DNA of 64,000 bases from an uncultured Gemmatimonadaceae bacterium (GTDB lineage: Bacteria > Gemmatimonadota > Gemmatimonadetes > Gemmatimonadales > Gemmatimonadaceae): the NCBI GenBank assembly GCA_963843845.1, contig CAWJMB010000002.1, forward strand, positions 3,168,001-3,232,000, written 5' to 3'. A program made the position numbers and the translations under genes. The notes below the pieces were generated by a model. That model worked only from the letters and a program-made list of their open reading frames with translations, was not told the DNA's origin and made no database searches. Below are positions 50,802 to 59,585 of this stretch, piece by piece (position 1 is the first letter of the stretch; every line of letters begins with the position of its first letter).

Positions 50802-51208
50802 CGGTGGTGTAGCGCCATTCGGATGCTCAAGGTTCCCTCGAAGGTGTCTGCGATCATCGGCGCGCCAGCCGTTCCCACCCCTTCGCCCTGACAGGCTGGC
50901 CAGCGACTCCACGCCCGGCGGCAACCGGCACTACCGAGTCACGAGGACTGGATTCGGCGAGACGGCCACGCTGACGACCTCGCTTCTCACGCCGGAACCG
51001 CCTTCGGCGTCCACGTCACCGGCGTTCAATCCTGCGACGGCACGACGGACGCGACGTGGGGGCTCTCGCCGACGTCGGTCTCGTCGGTCACGTTCACACT
51101 CGCGGACGCACCGGGCATCCGTGACGCGGCCACGGTCCCGAAGTCGGCGGCGGGCTCCTCGCGCTCGGTGCGCTCGCGCGGCGCCGGCGTCAGCCCTCGG
51201 TGTGAGGC

Positions 51209-51586
51209 CTAACGGTCCGTCCAGACCGCGAGCTCGTTGCCACTCGGGTCGGTGAAGTGGAAGCGGCGGCCGCCGGGGAATGAGAACGTCGGCGTGGTGA
51301 TGGTCCCGCCCGCGTCGCGCACGGCCTGCTCGGCACGCTCGACGTCGGCGGCGAACAGGATCACGAGCGGGCCGCTCCCGACCGTACCGAGGGAGCGGCT
51401 CGTGTCGAATCCGCCGGTGAGTCGGCCGTCCTCGAACGAGGTGTAGTCGGCGCCGTAGTCGGTGAACGCCCAGCCGAACGCCTGCGTGTAGAACTGCTTC
51501 GTCGCGGCGATGTCGGTCGCGGGGAGCTCGATGTAGTCGATGCGGCGGTCGTGCGCGGCGTCGACGTTCGGCGAAGTGTCGGGCAT
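51209..51586 (-). CDS. VOC/glyoxalase family protein
   Basis: IDYIELP, FYTQAFGW and FHFTDPSGNELAVW. Confidence 0.92.
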   Translation of the reverse strand: MPDTSPNVDAAHDRRIDYIELPATDIAATKQFYTQAFGWAFTDYGADYTSFEDGRLTGGFDTSRSLGTVGSGPLVILFAADVERAEQAVRDAGGTITTPTFSFPGGRRFHFTDPSGNELAVWTDR

Positions 51587-51710
51587 CGTGGTCGTGGCGT
51601 GAGGGTGCGCAGCGAACGAGGGCCGTGAACGATACAGCAATTCGCGCGTGGCTCGAGCGCTACGGCACATACGCCCGCGATCCGCTGGATCCGGCGGGCG
51701 GCGCGCCGGG

Positions 51711-52334
51711 TCATCCGCTCTGGCCGTCGCCGTTGTCGAGGCTGCGCCAGAGGTACCACGAGGCGATCGTGCGGTAGGGCGCCCAGGGCGCGCCGATCCG
51801 AAGCACGTCTTTCGGTGTCGGGCGCTCGCGGAGGTCGTAGGCTCGCCAGATCGCGTTCTGGATGCCGAGGTCGAGCTCCGGGAGGACGTCGGGGCGGCCG
51901 AGTCGGAACATGAGGAACATCTGCGCCGTCCAGCGGCCGACGCCCTTGACGCGAGTCAGGGCGGCGATGACCTCGTCGTCGCCGAACGCATCGAGGCGGG
52001 CGAGCGGGAGGTCGCCCGTGTGCGCGCGATCGGCGAGGTCGCGCAGATAGCCGATCTTCTGTCGCGACAGCCCTGCGGCGCGGAGCTCGTCGTCGGGGGT
52101 GGCACTCAGCTCGTGCGGCTCGGGAGCGCGGTCGCCGTAGAGTGCGTGGAAGCGCCGGTGAATCGTCCCGGCCGCGGCGCCGGAGAGTTGCTGGTAGACG
52201 ATGGCGCGTGCGACGGCCTCGAAGTGCGTGCCGTCGGCCCGTATCGTGAACCGGCACGGGCCGACGGCGTCGATGACGGCGGCGAGTCGCGGGTCGGCGC
52301 GCTCGAGATGTGTGACGGCGTCTCGCGTGTCCAC
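51711..52334 (-). CDS. alkA: DNA-3-methyladenine glycosylase II (AlkA-like HhH-GPD)
   Basis: IVYQQLS, GLSRQK, VKGVGRWTA, DLG and WAPYRT. Confidence 0.9.
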   Translation of the reverse strand: MDTRDAVTHLERADPRLAAVIDAVGPCRFTIRADGTHFEAVARAIVYQQLSGAAAGTIHRRFHALYGDRAPEPHELSATPDDELRAAGLSRQKIGYLRDLADRAHTGDLPLARLDAFGDDEVIAALTRVKGVGRWTAQMFLMFRLGRPDVLPELDLGIQNAIWRAYDLRERPTPKDVLRIGAPWAPYRTIASWYLWRSLDNGDGQSG

Positions 52335-52356
52335 AGGCCCAAGCTAACGCGCCCCG

Positions 52357-52800
52357 TCAGGTCTGACCGCCGCCCTTCCCCGCGTTGAGGATCGTGGTGT
52401 CGGCGCGACGGGACTCGGCCTCGCCGCCGCCGTTGGGGCCGAGGCCCTGGAACTTCTCCGGGTCGTGGTCGTGGCGCTGCACGTCGCGGTCGCGGCGCGT
52501 GCGCTCGGAGCCGCGCTCCGCCTCGTCGTGCTGGGTGCGGTTCTCGAACAGGCGGTGGTGCCCGTCACGCTCGAACTCGGGGTTCGCGATCATCCGCTCG
52601 TGCAGCTCGGCCTCGCCGTGCCGCTTGCCATCGTTGTTCGGGTCGGCGGCGTCGCGGCCGGACTCACCGTGCGTTCGCGAGTGATCGGCGATCTCGGCGC
52701 GCTTGGCCTCGTACGCTTTCGGGCCATACTGGCCTTCGCCATGCTGCTGGGCGCCCTTCTGCTCGCCGCGCGTGTCGGTGCTGTGTTTTCCCTTACCCAT
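52357..52800 (-). CDS. Small highly hydrophilic His/Glu/Gly-rich protein (hydrophilin-like)
   Basis: GGAGAG RBS, MGKGKHSTD..., almost no hydrophobic residues. Confidence 0.75.
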   Translation of the reverse strand: MGKGKHSTDTRGEQKGAQQHGEGQYGPKAYEAKRAEIADHSRTHGESGRDAADPNNDGKRHGEAELHERMIANPEFERDGHHRLFENRTQHDEAERGSERTRRDRDVQRHDHDPEKFQGLGPNGGGEAESRRADTTILNAGKGGGQT

Positions 52801-52834
52801 GCGCTCTCCCGGCTGCGGGTGGACCGTCATCCAG

Positions 52835-52850
52835 GGCAAGACAGGTGCCT
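52835..52850 (-). promoter_or_regulatory. Candidate sigma-54 promoter of the hydrophilic protein gene
   Basis: Minus strand AGGCACCTGTCTTGCC with exact spacing, ~35 bp before the ATG. Confidence 0.6.
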
Positions 52851-52906
52851 CGTCCCTCGTCGTGCCGCGGTTGCCGAGCCCGCGCGGCGATCGTCGGTAC
52901 GGTGCG

Positions 52907-53749
52907 ATGCTCACCCGCGACTTCCTCCGCTCGATCGCCCGCGCGACGCCGGCGCGTGCGCTGCTGCGCCACCGCTACGAGCGCCGATTCCGCACGAGCG
53001 ATGGGGCGGGCGCGCTGTCCGGCGTGTACGCCACGTTCGCCGAGGCGGCGGCCGCGGCGCCGGCGGGAGCGCCCCGAGGGTACGACACGACCGCCGCGGC
53101 CGGGCTGTACCGCGATCTGCTCGACCGGTTGCAGGCGAAAGACTATCCGGCGCTGTTCTGGATGCGCGACGCGCTCGCCGACGTCCGTGACCGCGGTGTG
53201 GCGCACGACGACGCGGCGCCGAGCGACCGCGCGGTGACCGTGTTCGACCTCGGCGGGCACATCGGGATCTCGTTCTACGCGTTCCGCGAGTATCTGGCGC
53301 TGCCGGCGGCGCTGCGATGGATCGTGTGCGACGTCGAGGCCGTGGCGCGCGACGGGGCGTCGATCGCCGCGTCGCGCGGTGAGACGCAGCTCGCGTTCAC
53401 GACCGACCGCGCGCAGCTGCGCGACGCCGACGTGCTGCTCGCCTCGGGCGTGCTGCAGTACCTCGCCGAGCCGCTCGACGACGTCCTGCACGAGGCGGGG
53501 GCGCGACCGCGGCACGTCGTGGTGAACCAGATGCCCACGCACGCGACCCGCGAGTTCGTGACGCTGCAGAACATCGGCGTGTCGTTCTGCCCGTATCGGG
53601 TCGCGCAGATCGACGACCTGCCGCGGCGGCTCGCGCCGCTCGGCTATCGGCTCGTCGATCGGTGGACCGACCCGTCGCGGCGCACGGCGGTGCCGTACGA
53701 GCCGGACGCGGGATCGGTGGAGTACACCGGCTACTGCTTCCGGCGCTGA
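52907..53749 (+). CDS. Methyltransferase, TIGR04325-like
   Basis: DYPALFW, VFDLGGHIG, ASGVLQY and TLQNIG..FCPYR. Confidence 0.78.
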   Translation: MLTRDFLRSIARATPARALLRHRYERRFRTSDGAGALSGVYATFAEAAAAAPAGAPRGYDTTAAAGLYRDLLDRLQAKDYPALFWMRDALADVRDRGVAHDDAAPSDRAVTVFDLGGHIGISFYAFREYLALPAALRWIVCDVEAVARDGASIAASRGETQLAFTTDRAQLRDADVLLASGVLQYLAEPLDDVLHEAGARPRHVVVNQMPTHATREFVTLQNIGVSFCPYRVAQIDDLPRRLAPLGYRLVDRWTDPSRRTAVPYEPDAGSVEYTGYCFRR

Positions 53750-53891
53750 ATGCGCCGCGCGCTGCACGCGCCGCACGCGCTGCACGCGCCCCGGCGCGTC
53801 GTAGAGCTTTCTTAGCACGGCCGTGAGTTCAGTCCCGGGGAGGATGCGCCGACGCTCGAAGAGCAGCCCTGCTCCGCACTTCGTCCGGGTC

Positions 53892-55469
53892 ATGCCCCCT
53901 CCGCCAGCGTCCGAATCCACAGCCGTTCTCGAAGCGCCGCCGCTCGCCGCGAGCCGCACGTCAGGCGGCGCGTTGGGCGCCGACGTCGCCCGCGCCGTGC
54001 GCAACGCGCTGACGCTCGGGCTGTCGCTGTGCGGCACGTGGGCGATCGCGCTCGCGGTCCGCATCATCCTGCCGCGCCATCTCGGGCCGGAGGCGTTCGG
54101 CGGGTATCAGTTCGCGGACGCGTTCACGACGGTCGTGCTGGTGGTGACCGGGCTCGGGCTGGAGACGTACATCCGCAAGGAGGTACCGACGCGCCCCGCC
54201 CATGCGAACGACTTCTTCGGCGGCGCGACGATCCTGCGGCTCGCGCTCGGCGTCGTCGTGCTCGCGCTCTGCGTCGCCGGCGTGCGACTCGGCGGCAAAT
54301 CCGCGCTCGTCGCGACGCTCGTCGCGCTGCTCGGCGCCGCGCAGCTGTTGCTCCAGACGAACGTCATCTTCGGCGCGCTGCTGCACGCGGCCGGCACGGT
54401 GGGCGGACTGTCGCTGCTCAACGTGGCCGGGAAGCTCGTGTGGGGGGGAGGGATCGTCGCGGCGCTGTTCACGACCGGCGACGTCCGGCTCGTCGCGCTC
54501 GCCGTGGTCGGCGCGGAGACGCTGCGCACGGTCGGGATGGCGATCCTCGCGCGGCGGCATCTCGCGCTGCGATGGCGCGTCGACGTCGCGAGCACGCGCG
54601 CGGTCGTGCGCGCGAGTCTGCCGTTCTACGTCGCCGTCGTGGCGGGGGCCGTGTACGGCGGCATCGACACGACGATCATGTCGTTCCTGACGCCCGACGT
54701 CGAAGTCGGGTGGTTCGGCGCGACCTCGACGCTCGTCGGGCTGTCGCTGCTGCTGGCACCGCTCATCGGATGGGTGCTGCTGCCGTTGCTGTCGCGGGCC
54801 GCGGCGCGGTCCACGGAGGAGCTGCTGGTCGTCGGGCGGCGCGGCACGGAGCTCATCCTCACGCTCGCGTTCCCGATCACGCTGCTGCTCGGGCTCCACG
54901 CGGAGCTCGCGATCCACACGGCGTTCGGCGACGCGTACGCGCCGGCCGCGCGCGCGCTCCGGATCGAGGCCCCGCTGTTCGTGTTCACGTACGCCGCGAT
55001 GGTCGCGTCGACCGTGCTCGTGCGGCTCGAGCGCAGCTGGGCGGTGACGTGGGTGCAGATCGGCGGGATGGTGCTGTCGCCGACGCTGAACGTGCTGCTC
55101 GTGCCGTGGGCGTATCACCGCTACGGCGCCGGCGGCGCGGGGATCGGGGCGGCGATCACGCTCATGATCACGGAGCTCGCCACGACCGGCACGCTGTTCG
55201 TGCTGCTGGGGCGCCAGGCCATCGACAGGCGACTGGCGACGATGCTCGTGAAGACGGTGTGCGTCTGCGTCGCCGTCGTCGCGGTCCACGCCGCGCTGCG
55301 CACGGCCGGGCCGTTCGGCGACGGGACGTGGCGTGCGGCGTGGGCGCGGCTCGTCGCCGACGCCGCCGTCTACGCCGCGCTGGCGTTCACGACCGGCGCG
55401 GTCGACGTGCGCGCGGCGCGCGAGATGCTCCGCCGGCGGCAGGACGAGCCCGCGACGGCCGCCGCGTGA
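53892..55469 (+). CDS. wzx: Polysaccharide flippase
   Basis: About 12-14 TMs, PRHLGPEAFG, VGWFGA and AFGDAY..A. Confidence 0.85.
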   Translation: MPPPPASESTAVLEAPPLAASRTSGGALGADVARAVRNALTLGLSLCGTWAIALAVRIILPRHLGPEAFGGYQFADAFTTVVLVVTGLGLETYIRKEVPTRPAHANDFFGGATILRLALGVVVLALCVAGVRLGGKSALVATLVALLGAAQLLLQTNVIFGALLHAAGTVGGLSLLNVAGKLVWGGGIVAALFTTGDVRLVALAVVGAETLRTVGMAILARRHLALRWRVDVASTRAVVRASLPFYVAVVAGAVYGGIDTTIMSFLTPDVEVGWFGATSTLVGLSLLLAPLIGWVLLPLLSRAAARSTEELLVVGRRGTELILTLAFPITLLLGLHAELAIHTAFGDAYAPAARALRIEAPLFVFTYAAMVASTVLVRLERSWAVTWVQIGGMVLSPTLNVLLVPWAYHRYGAGGAGIGAAITLMITELATTGTLFVLLGRQAIDRRLATMLVKTVCVCVAVVAVHAALRTAGPFGDGTWRAAWARLVADAAVYAALAFTTGAVDVRAAREMLRRRQDEPATAAA

Positions 55470-57106
55470 GCGCGCCGCTCTCGATCGCCGCGGGCGCGCC
55501 GCTCTGCTCGGTCGTCGTCGCGACGTACGCGCGCCCCGACGCCGCGGCGCGCCTGCTGGGCGACCTCGCGCGTCAATCGTTAGGCACCGATCGCTTCGAG
55601 GTGATCGTCGTCGACGACGGCTCTCCCGAGCCGGTGGCGGCGCGGCTCGACGCGCTCGGGGTGCCGTTCGCGCTGCGCGTCGTGGCGCAGGCGAACGCCG
55701 GTCCCGCCGCGGCGCGGCACCGCGCGATCGAGCTGGCACGCGCGCCGCTCGTGGTCGTGGTCGACGACGACATGCGGGTGGAGCCGACGTTCCTCGCCGC
55801 GCACCTCGCCGCCCACCCCGCCGGCTCGCGCCGAGCGGTGCTCGGCCGCCTGATGTCGCCGCACGGCGAGCGGCTCCGGCTCTTCGAGCGGTATCAGCTC
55901 GCGCAGATGGAGCGGATCGCGGAGGACGCGCGCGCCGGCCGCGCGCCGCTCCGGGGGTCGCACGTCTACACGGGGAACGTCTCGTTCCGGCGCGCCGACT
56001 ACTTCGCCGTCGGCGGCTTCGACCTCGCGTTCCGGCTGTCCGAGGACGCCGAGCTCGGGATGCGGCTGGAGCGGAGCGGCGTCACGATCGCGCGCTCCGA
56101 CGATGCGGTCGCGATCCACGCGTCGGACCACGCGAGCCTCACGAAGTGGCTCGCCCGCTCGCAGGCCTACGGCGCCGCCGACGCCCGCATCGCCGAGAAA
56201 CACGGGGGCGATCGCGACGCGGACCCGTGGCGCTTCCTGTTCCTCGTCAATCCGCTGTCGCGCCCGCTCCTGCTGCTCGCCGTGCTGCTGCCGGCCGCGG
56301 CGCTGCTCGGCGCGCGGCTCGTGATGTGGGTGGCGCTCGTCGTCGCGGGGATCGGGCTCGAGCGGGGCGCGCTCGCCGGGACGACCCTCGCCTACGGGGT
56401 CGCGTACTTCAGCGGCGTGCGCCGCTACGCGGGCTCGCGGCGCGCGGCGTGGAGCGGACTGCGCCGACAGCTCAACGCGCGGGCGATGCACGAGCTGGGA
56501 CCGATGGCGCGGATCGCGAAGTGCGCGGCCGACGTGTGCGCGGACCACGACGCGCTGCGACGCGCCGACGCGAAGTACGGCACGATCGCGCGGCGCGGCT
56601 CGCTGCTCGTCGACGCCGTGGCGCGGATCGGCTTCCAGATGATGATCGCGTACCGTGTGATGCGACTGTGTCACGGACTGCGGCTCACGCCGCTCGCGAT
56701 GATCGCGTCGCGGCTGATCCGGCATCTGTACGGCGCGGACATTCACTGGCGCGCGGTGCTCGCGCCGGGCGTGATCGTCGTGCACGGCGCGGGGCTCGTC
56801 GTCGCGCCCGAGGCGCGGGTCGGCGCCGGGTGCGTGCTCTTCCAGCACGTCACGTTAGGCACCAGCATCCATCCCGAGACGCGCGACGTCGGCGCGCCGG
56901 CGCTCGAGCCGGACGTGCACGTCGGGCCGGGCGCCGCGCTCCTCGGCCCGATCACGATCGGGCTCGGCACGAAGATCGCCGCGAACGCCACGCTCATGCG
57001 CTCCGTGCCGGCGGGGAGTCTGGTCGAGTCGCCGGCCGCCGTCGTGCGCACGCGATCGCGCGCGACGCCGTCGGGCGAGCGCGGCCTGCGCGGTGCGGCG
57101 TCGTGA
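55466..57106 (+). CDS. GT2 glycosyltransferase fused to serine-acetyltransferase-like LbH domain
   Basis: SVVVATY, VVDDGS, DDD, GGFD..SEDAELG; C-terminal YGADIH..GVIVVHG..FQHVTLG..GPITIG. Confidence 0.85.
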   Translation: MSAPLSIAAGAPLCSVVVATYARPDAAARLLGDLARQSLGTDRFEVIVVDDGSPEPVAARLDALGVPFALRVVAQANAGPAAARHRAIELARAPLVVVVDDDMRVEPTFLAAHLAAHPAGSRRAVLGRLMSPHGERLRLFERYQLAQMERIAEDARAGRAPLRGSHVYTGNVSFRRADYFAVGGFDLAFRLSEDAELGMRLERSGVTIARSDDAVAIHASDHASLTKWLARSQAYGAADARIAEKHGGDRDADPWRFLFLVNPLSRPLLLLAVLLPAAALLGARLVMWVALVVAGIGLERGALAGTTLAYGVAYFSGVRRYAGSRRAAWSGLRRQLNARAMHELGPMARIAKCAADVCADHDALRRADAKYGTIARRGSLLVDAVARIGFQMMIAYRVMRLCHGLRLTPLAMIASRLIRHLYGADIHWRAVLAPGVIVVHGAGLVVAPEARVGAGCVLFQHVTLGTSIHPETRDVGAPALEPDVHVGPGAALLGPITIGLGTKIAANATLMRSVPAGSLVESPAAVVRTRSRATPSGERGLRGAAS

Positions 57107-57113
57107 GGCGCGC

Positions 57114-58280
57114 GTGACGAGCGCCGCGCGACCGGCGCCGCGCCGCCGCACGCGTCCGACCCTGCCGCCGGGTGCCGCGCTGCGCGGGCTGGGACGGCTC
57201 GTCGTCGACCACACGCTCCCGGCGCTCGGGCGCGGCGTGCAGGAGCTCGCGCGGTTCGGTGCGCACGGGGCGGCCGACGACGCGATGCGCGCGCGGACCG
57301 TGCTGCTCTTCTTCGAGGACATCGAGCGCGACCGGTGGCTCGGTGGCGACCGCCACGTCCGGCGCGGGCTGCGGCGCGTGTATCACGCGGTGACGGCGGG
57401 GCAGCGCGTGTCCGGATTCGAGGTGGCGTTCCGCGCGCTGCGTCGCGCGCTCGAGCGCGCGGGGTATCGCGTCGTCGTGAACAACGCGTCGCTCGCGCGG
57501 CGGTGGCCGGACCATCCGGTGGGCCTGTGCGGGTATCCGCACATCCTCGACCGCTGGTCGCTGCCGAACCCGGCGCTGTTGGGCCCGGGGCTGTACGACC
57601 ACCCGGCGCAGGCGCCGCGGCTGATGACCGACGCGCGCTTCCGCTCGTACATCGTGCCGTGCGACTGGATGCGCGACCTGTTCGCGCCGGTGTACGGCGA
57701 GCGGCTCACGAGCTGGTTCGGCGGGATCGACGTCGACGAGTGGCCGGACGCGACGCACACCGCGAAAGACGTCGACGTGCTGCTCTACGACAAGCTGCGG
57801 TGGGAGCGCGAGCGCTTCGAGCCGGCGCTGCTGCATCCGGTGCGGCGCGAGCTCGAGCGGCGCGGCCTGCGCGTCGCGACGGTGCGCCGCGGCGCGTACG
57901 ACATCACCGAGTACAAGGCGCTGCTCGCGCGGTCGCGGAGCATGCTCTTCCTCTGCGAGAGCGAGACGCAGGGACTGGCGTATCAGGAGGCGATGGCCTG
58001 CAACGTTCCGGTGCTGGCGTGGGAGAACGGGTGGTGGCTCGACCCGAATCGGGCGCTGTGGACGGAGGCGCCGGTGGCGGCTGCGGCGGTGCCGTACTTC
58101 GCGCCGGAGTGCGGCGAGCGATTCGCCTCGGCGGACGACTTTCCGGCGGTGCTCGATCGGTTTCTCGGGCGGCTGCCGACGTATGCGCCGCGGCGGTACG
58201 TGCGGGAGGCGCTGTCGCTGGAGCGGTCGGCGGCCCTCTATCTCGACGCGTACTGGAGCGCCGGTCGCGGCGCGCGCTGA
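57114..58280 (+). CDS. GT-B fold glycosyltransferase
   Basis: ESETQGLAYQEAMACNVP (Ex7E motif); located in the EPS locus. Confidence 0.75.
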   Translation: MTSAARPAPRRRTRPTLPPGAALRGLGRLVVDHTLPALGRGVQELARFGAHGAADDAMRARTVLLFFEDIERDRWLGGDRHVRRGLRRVYHAVTAGQRVSGFEVAFRALRRALERAGYRVVVNNASLARRWPDHPVGLCGYPHILDRWSLPNPALLGPGLYDHPAQAPRLMTDARFRSYIVPCDWMRDLFAPVYGERLTSWFGGIDVDEWPDATHTAKDVDVLLYDKLRWERERFEPALLHPVRRELERRGLRVATVRRGAYDITEYKALLARSRSMLFLCESETQGLAYQEAMACNVPVLAWENGWWLDPNRALWTEAPVAAAAVPYFAPECGERFASADDFPAVLDRFLGRLPTYAPRRYVREALSLERSAALYLDAYWSAGRGAR

Positions 58281-58387
58281 TCGAACCCGGAGCCCCGTCC
58301 GGCGATTCAAGCGCGGCGCGTCGAGAGCCGATGCTCCTGAGAGACGTGTGGCATCACGCCCCACCGCTTCCTCTCCCGAGCACGCGC

Positions 58388-59575
58388 ATGAAGCACTCGA
58401 TGCTCCCACTGGTCACGACGCGCACGGCGCAGTGGGAGCGCGTCTTCGCGAGCGACGTACCTGCGCTCGATGGCGAGGCGCCGGCCGTCGCGACCGCGAC
58501 GGCGGCGATCGTGCTCGCGGGGTCGCACTACTGGGGGAGTGGGACGTTCGAGCGGACGCTGCGCGGGCCGCTCCTGCCCGTCGGACAGCAGCCCCTCATC
58601 TCGTATCCGCTGCGCTGGATCGCGGCGGCCGGCATCGGGTCGGCGACCGTGTGCGCCGGGCCGGCGACCGACGCGGTCCGCGCGCGGTTCGGCGCGACGG
58701 GCGCGGCTGGCGTGGCACTCGACTACTACGTCGACGAGACGCCGCGCGGGCCGGCCGGTTGCGCACGCGACGCCGCGCTCGCGACGACGGCCGAGCGGTT
58801 CGTGCTCGTCGACGGGTCGCTGCTGCCGACGCTCGATCTGCGTGCGTTGCTCGCCGCCCACATCGAGTCCGAGGCGGTGGCGACGACGGTCGTCGAGATC
58901 GACCGGCGTCGGATGGCGATCGGCGGCGAGCGCCCCGCGACGCCCGGCGGGGTCTACATCTTCGAGCGCGACGTGCTCGAGAGTGTGCCGGCGTTGGGCT
59001 TCCAGGACATCAAGCAGGGGTTGCTCGAGCGACTCTACTCGCTGGGCGTGAAAGTCGTCGTGCGCGAGGTGCCGGGCGTGTCGCCGCGCATCCTCGACTT
59101 CGCGACCTACGCGTCGGTCAACAGCTGGGTCATCTCGACCGCGTCGGACCGCGGCGAGCCGTTCGGCGCGTGGCGGCGTCTCGGCGAGGCGCTCGTGCAT
59201 CCGACGGCGCGGGTGCACCCGCGCGCGCGGCTCATCGGGCCGATGTTGATCGGACCCGACGCGCAGGTCGACGAGGGGGCCGTGCTCGTCGGGCCGCTGT
59301 CGTTGGGCGCCGGCTCGCACGTCGAGGCGGACGCGGTGCTCACGCGCTCGGTGACGTGGGAGCGGTGCTCGATCGGCGCCGGCGCGATCGTCGACGCGTG
59401 CCTCCTCGGCGACGGCGCCGCGGTCGCGCCGGGGGAGAGCGCGTCGGGCGCCGTGATCGTCGACGAGCGCGACGCGTTCGACGCGTCGCTCTCGCTGCCG
59501 TCGACCTCCGCGACCGGGTCGGAGCGCGGCGACGCGCTGTTCGGCATCCCGTCGCTCGGCGCGCTCGGGTCGTAA
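58388..59575 (+). CDS. NDP-sugar pyrophosphorylase-like protein with LbH domain (degenerate)
   Basis: AIVLAG..LLPVGQQPLI, ETPRGPAG, GVYIFE and C-terminal hexapeptide repeats. Confidence 0.8.
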   Translation: MKHSMLPLVTTRTAQWERVFASDVPALDGEAPAVATATAAIVLAGSHYWGSGTFERTLRGPLLPVGQQPLISYPLRWIAAAGIGSATVCAGPATDAVRARFGATGAAGVALDYYVDETPRGPAGCARDAALATTAERFVLVDGSLLPTLDLRALLAAHIESEAVATTVVEIDRRRMAIGGERPATPGGVYIFERDVLESVPALGFQDIKQGLLERLYSLGVKVVVREVPGVSPRILDFATYASVNSWVISTASDRGEPFGAWRRLGEALVHPTARVHPRARLIGPMLIGPDAQVDEGAVLVGPLSLGAGSHVEADAVLTRSVTWERCSIGAGAIVDACLLGDGAAVAPGESASGAVIVDERDAFDASLSLPSTSATGSERGDALFGIPSLGALGS

Positions 59576-59585
59576 CACCCTCCTC

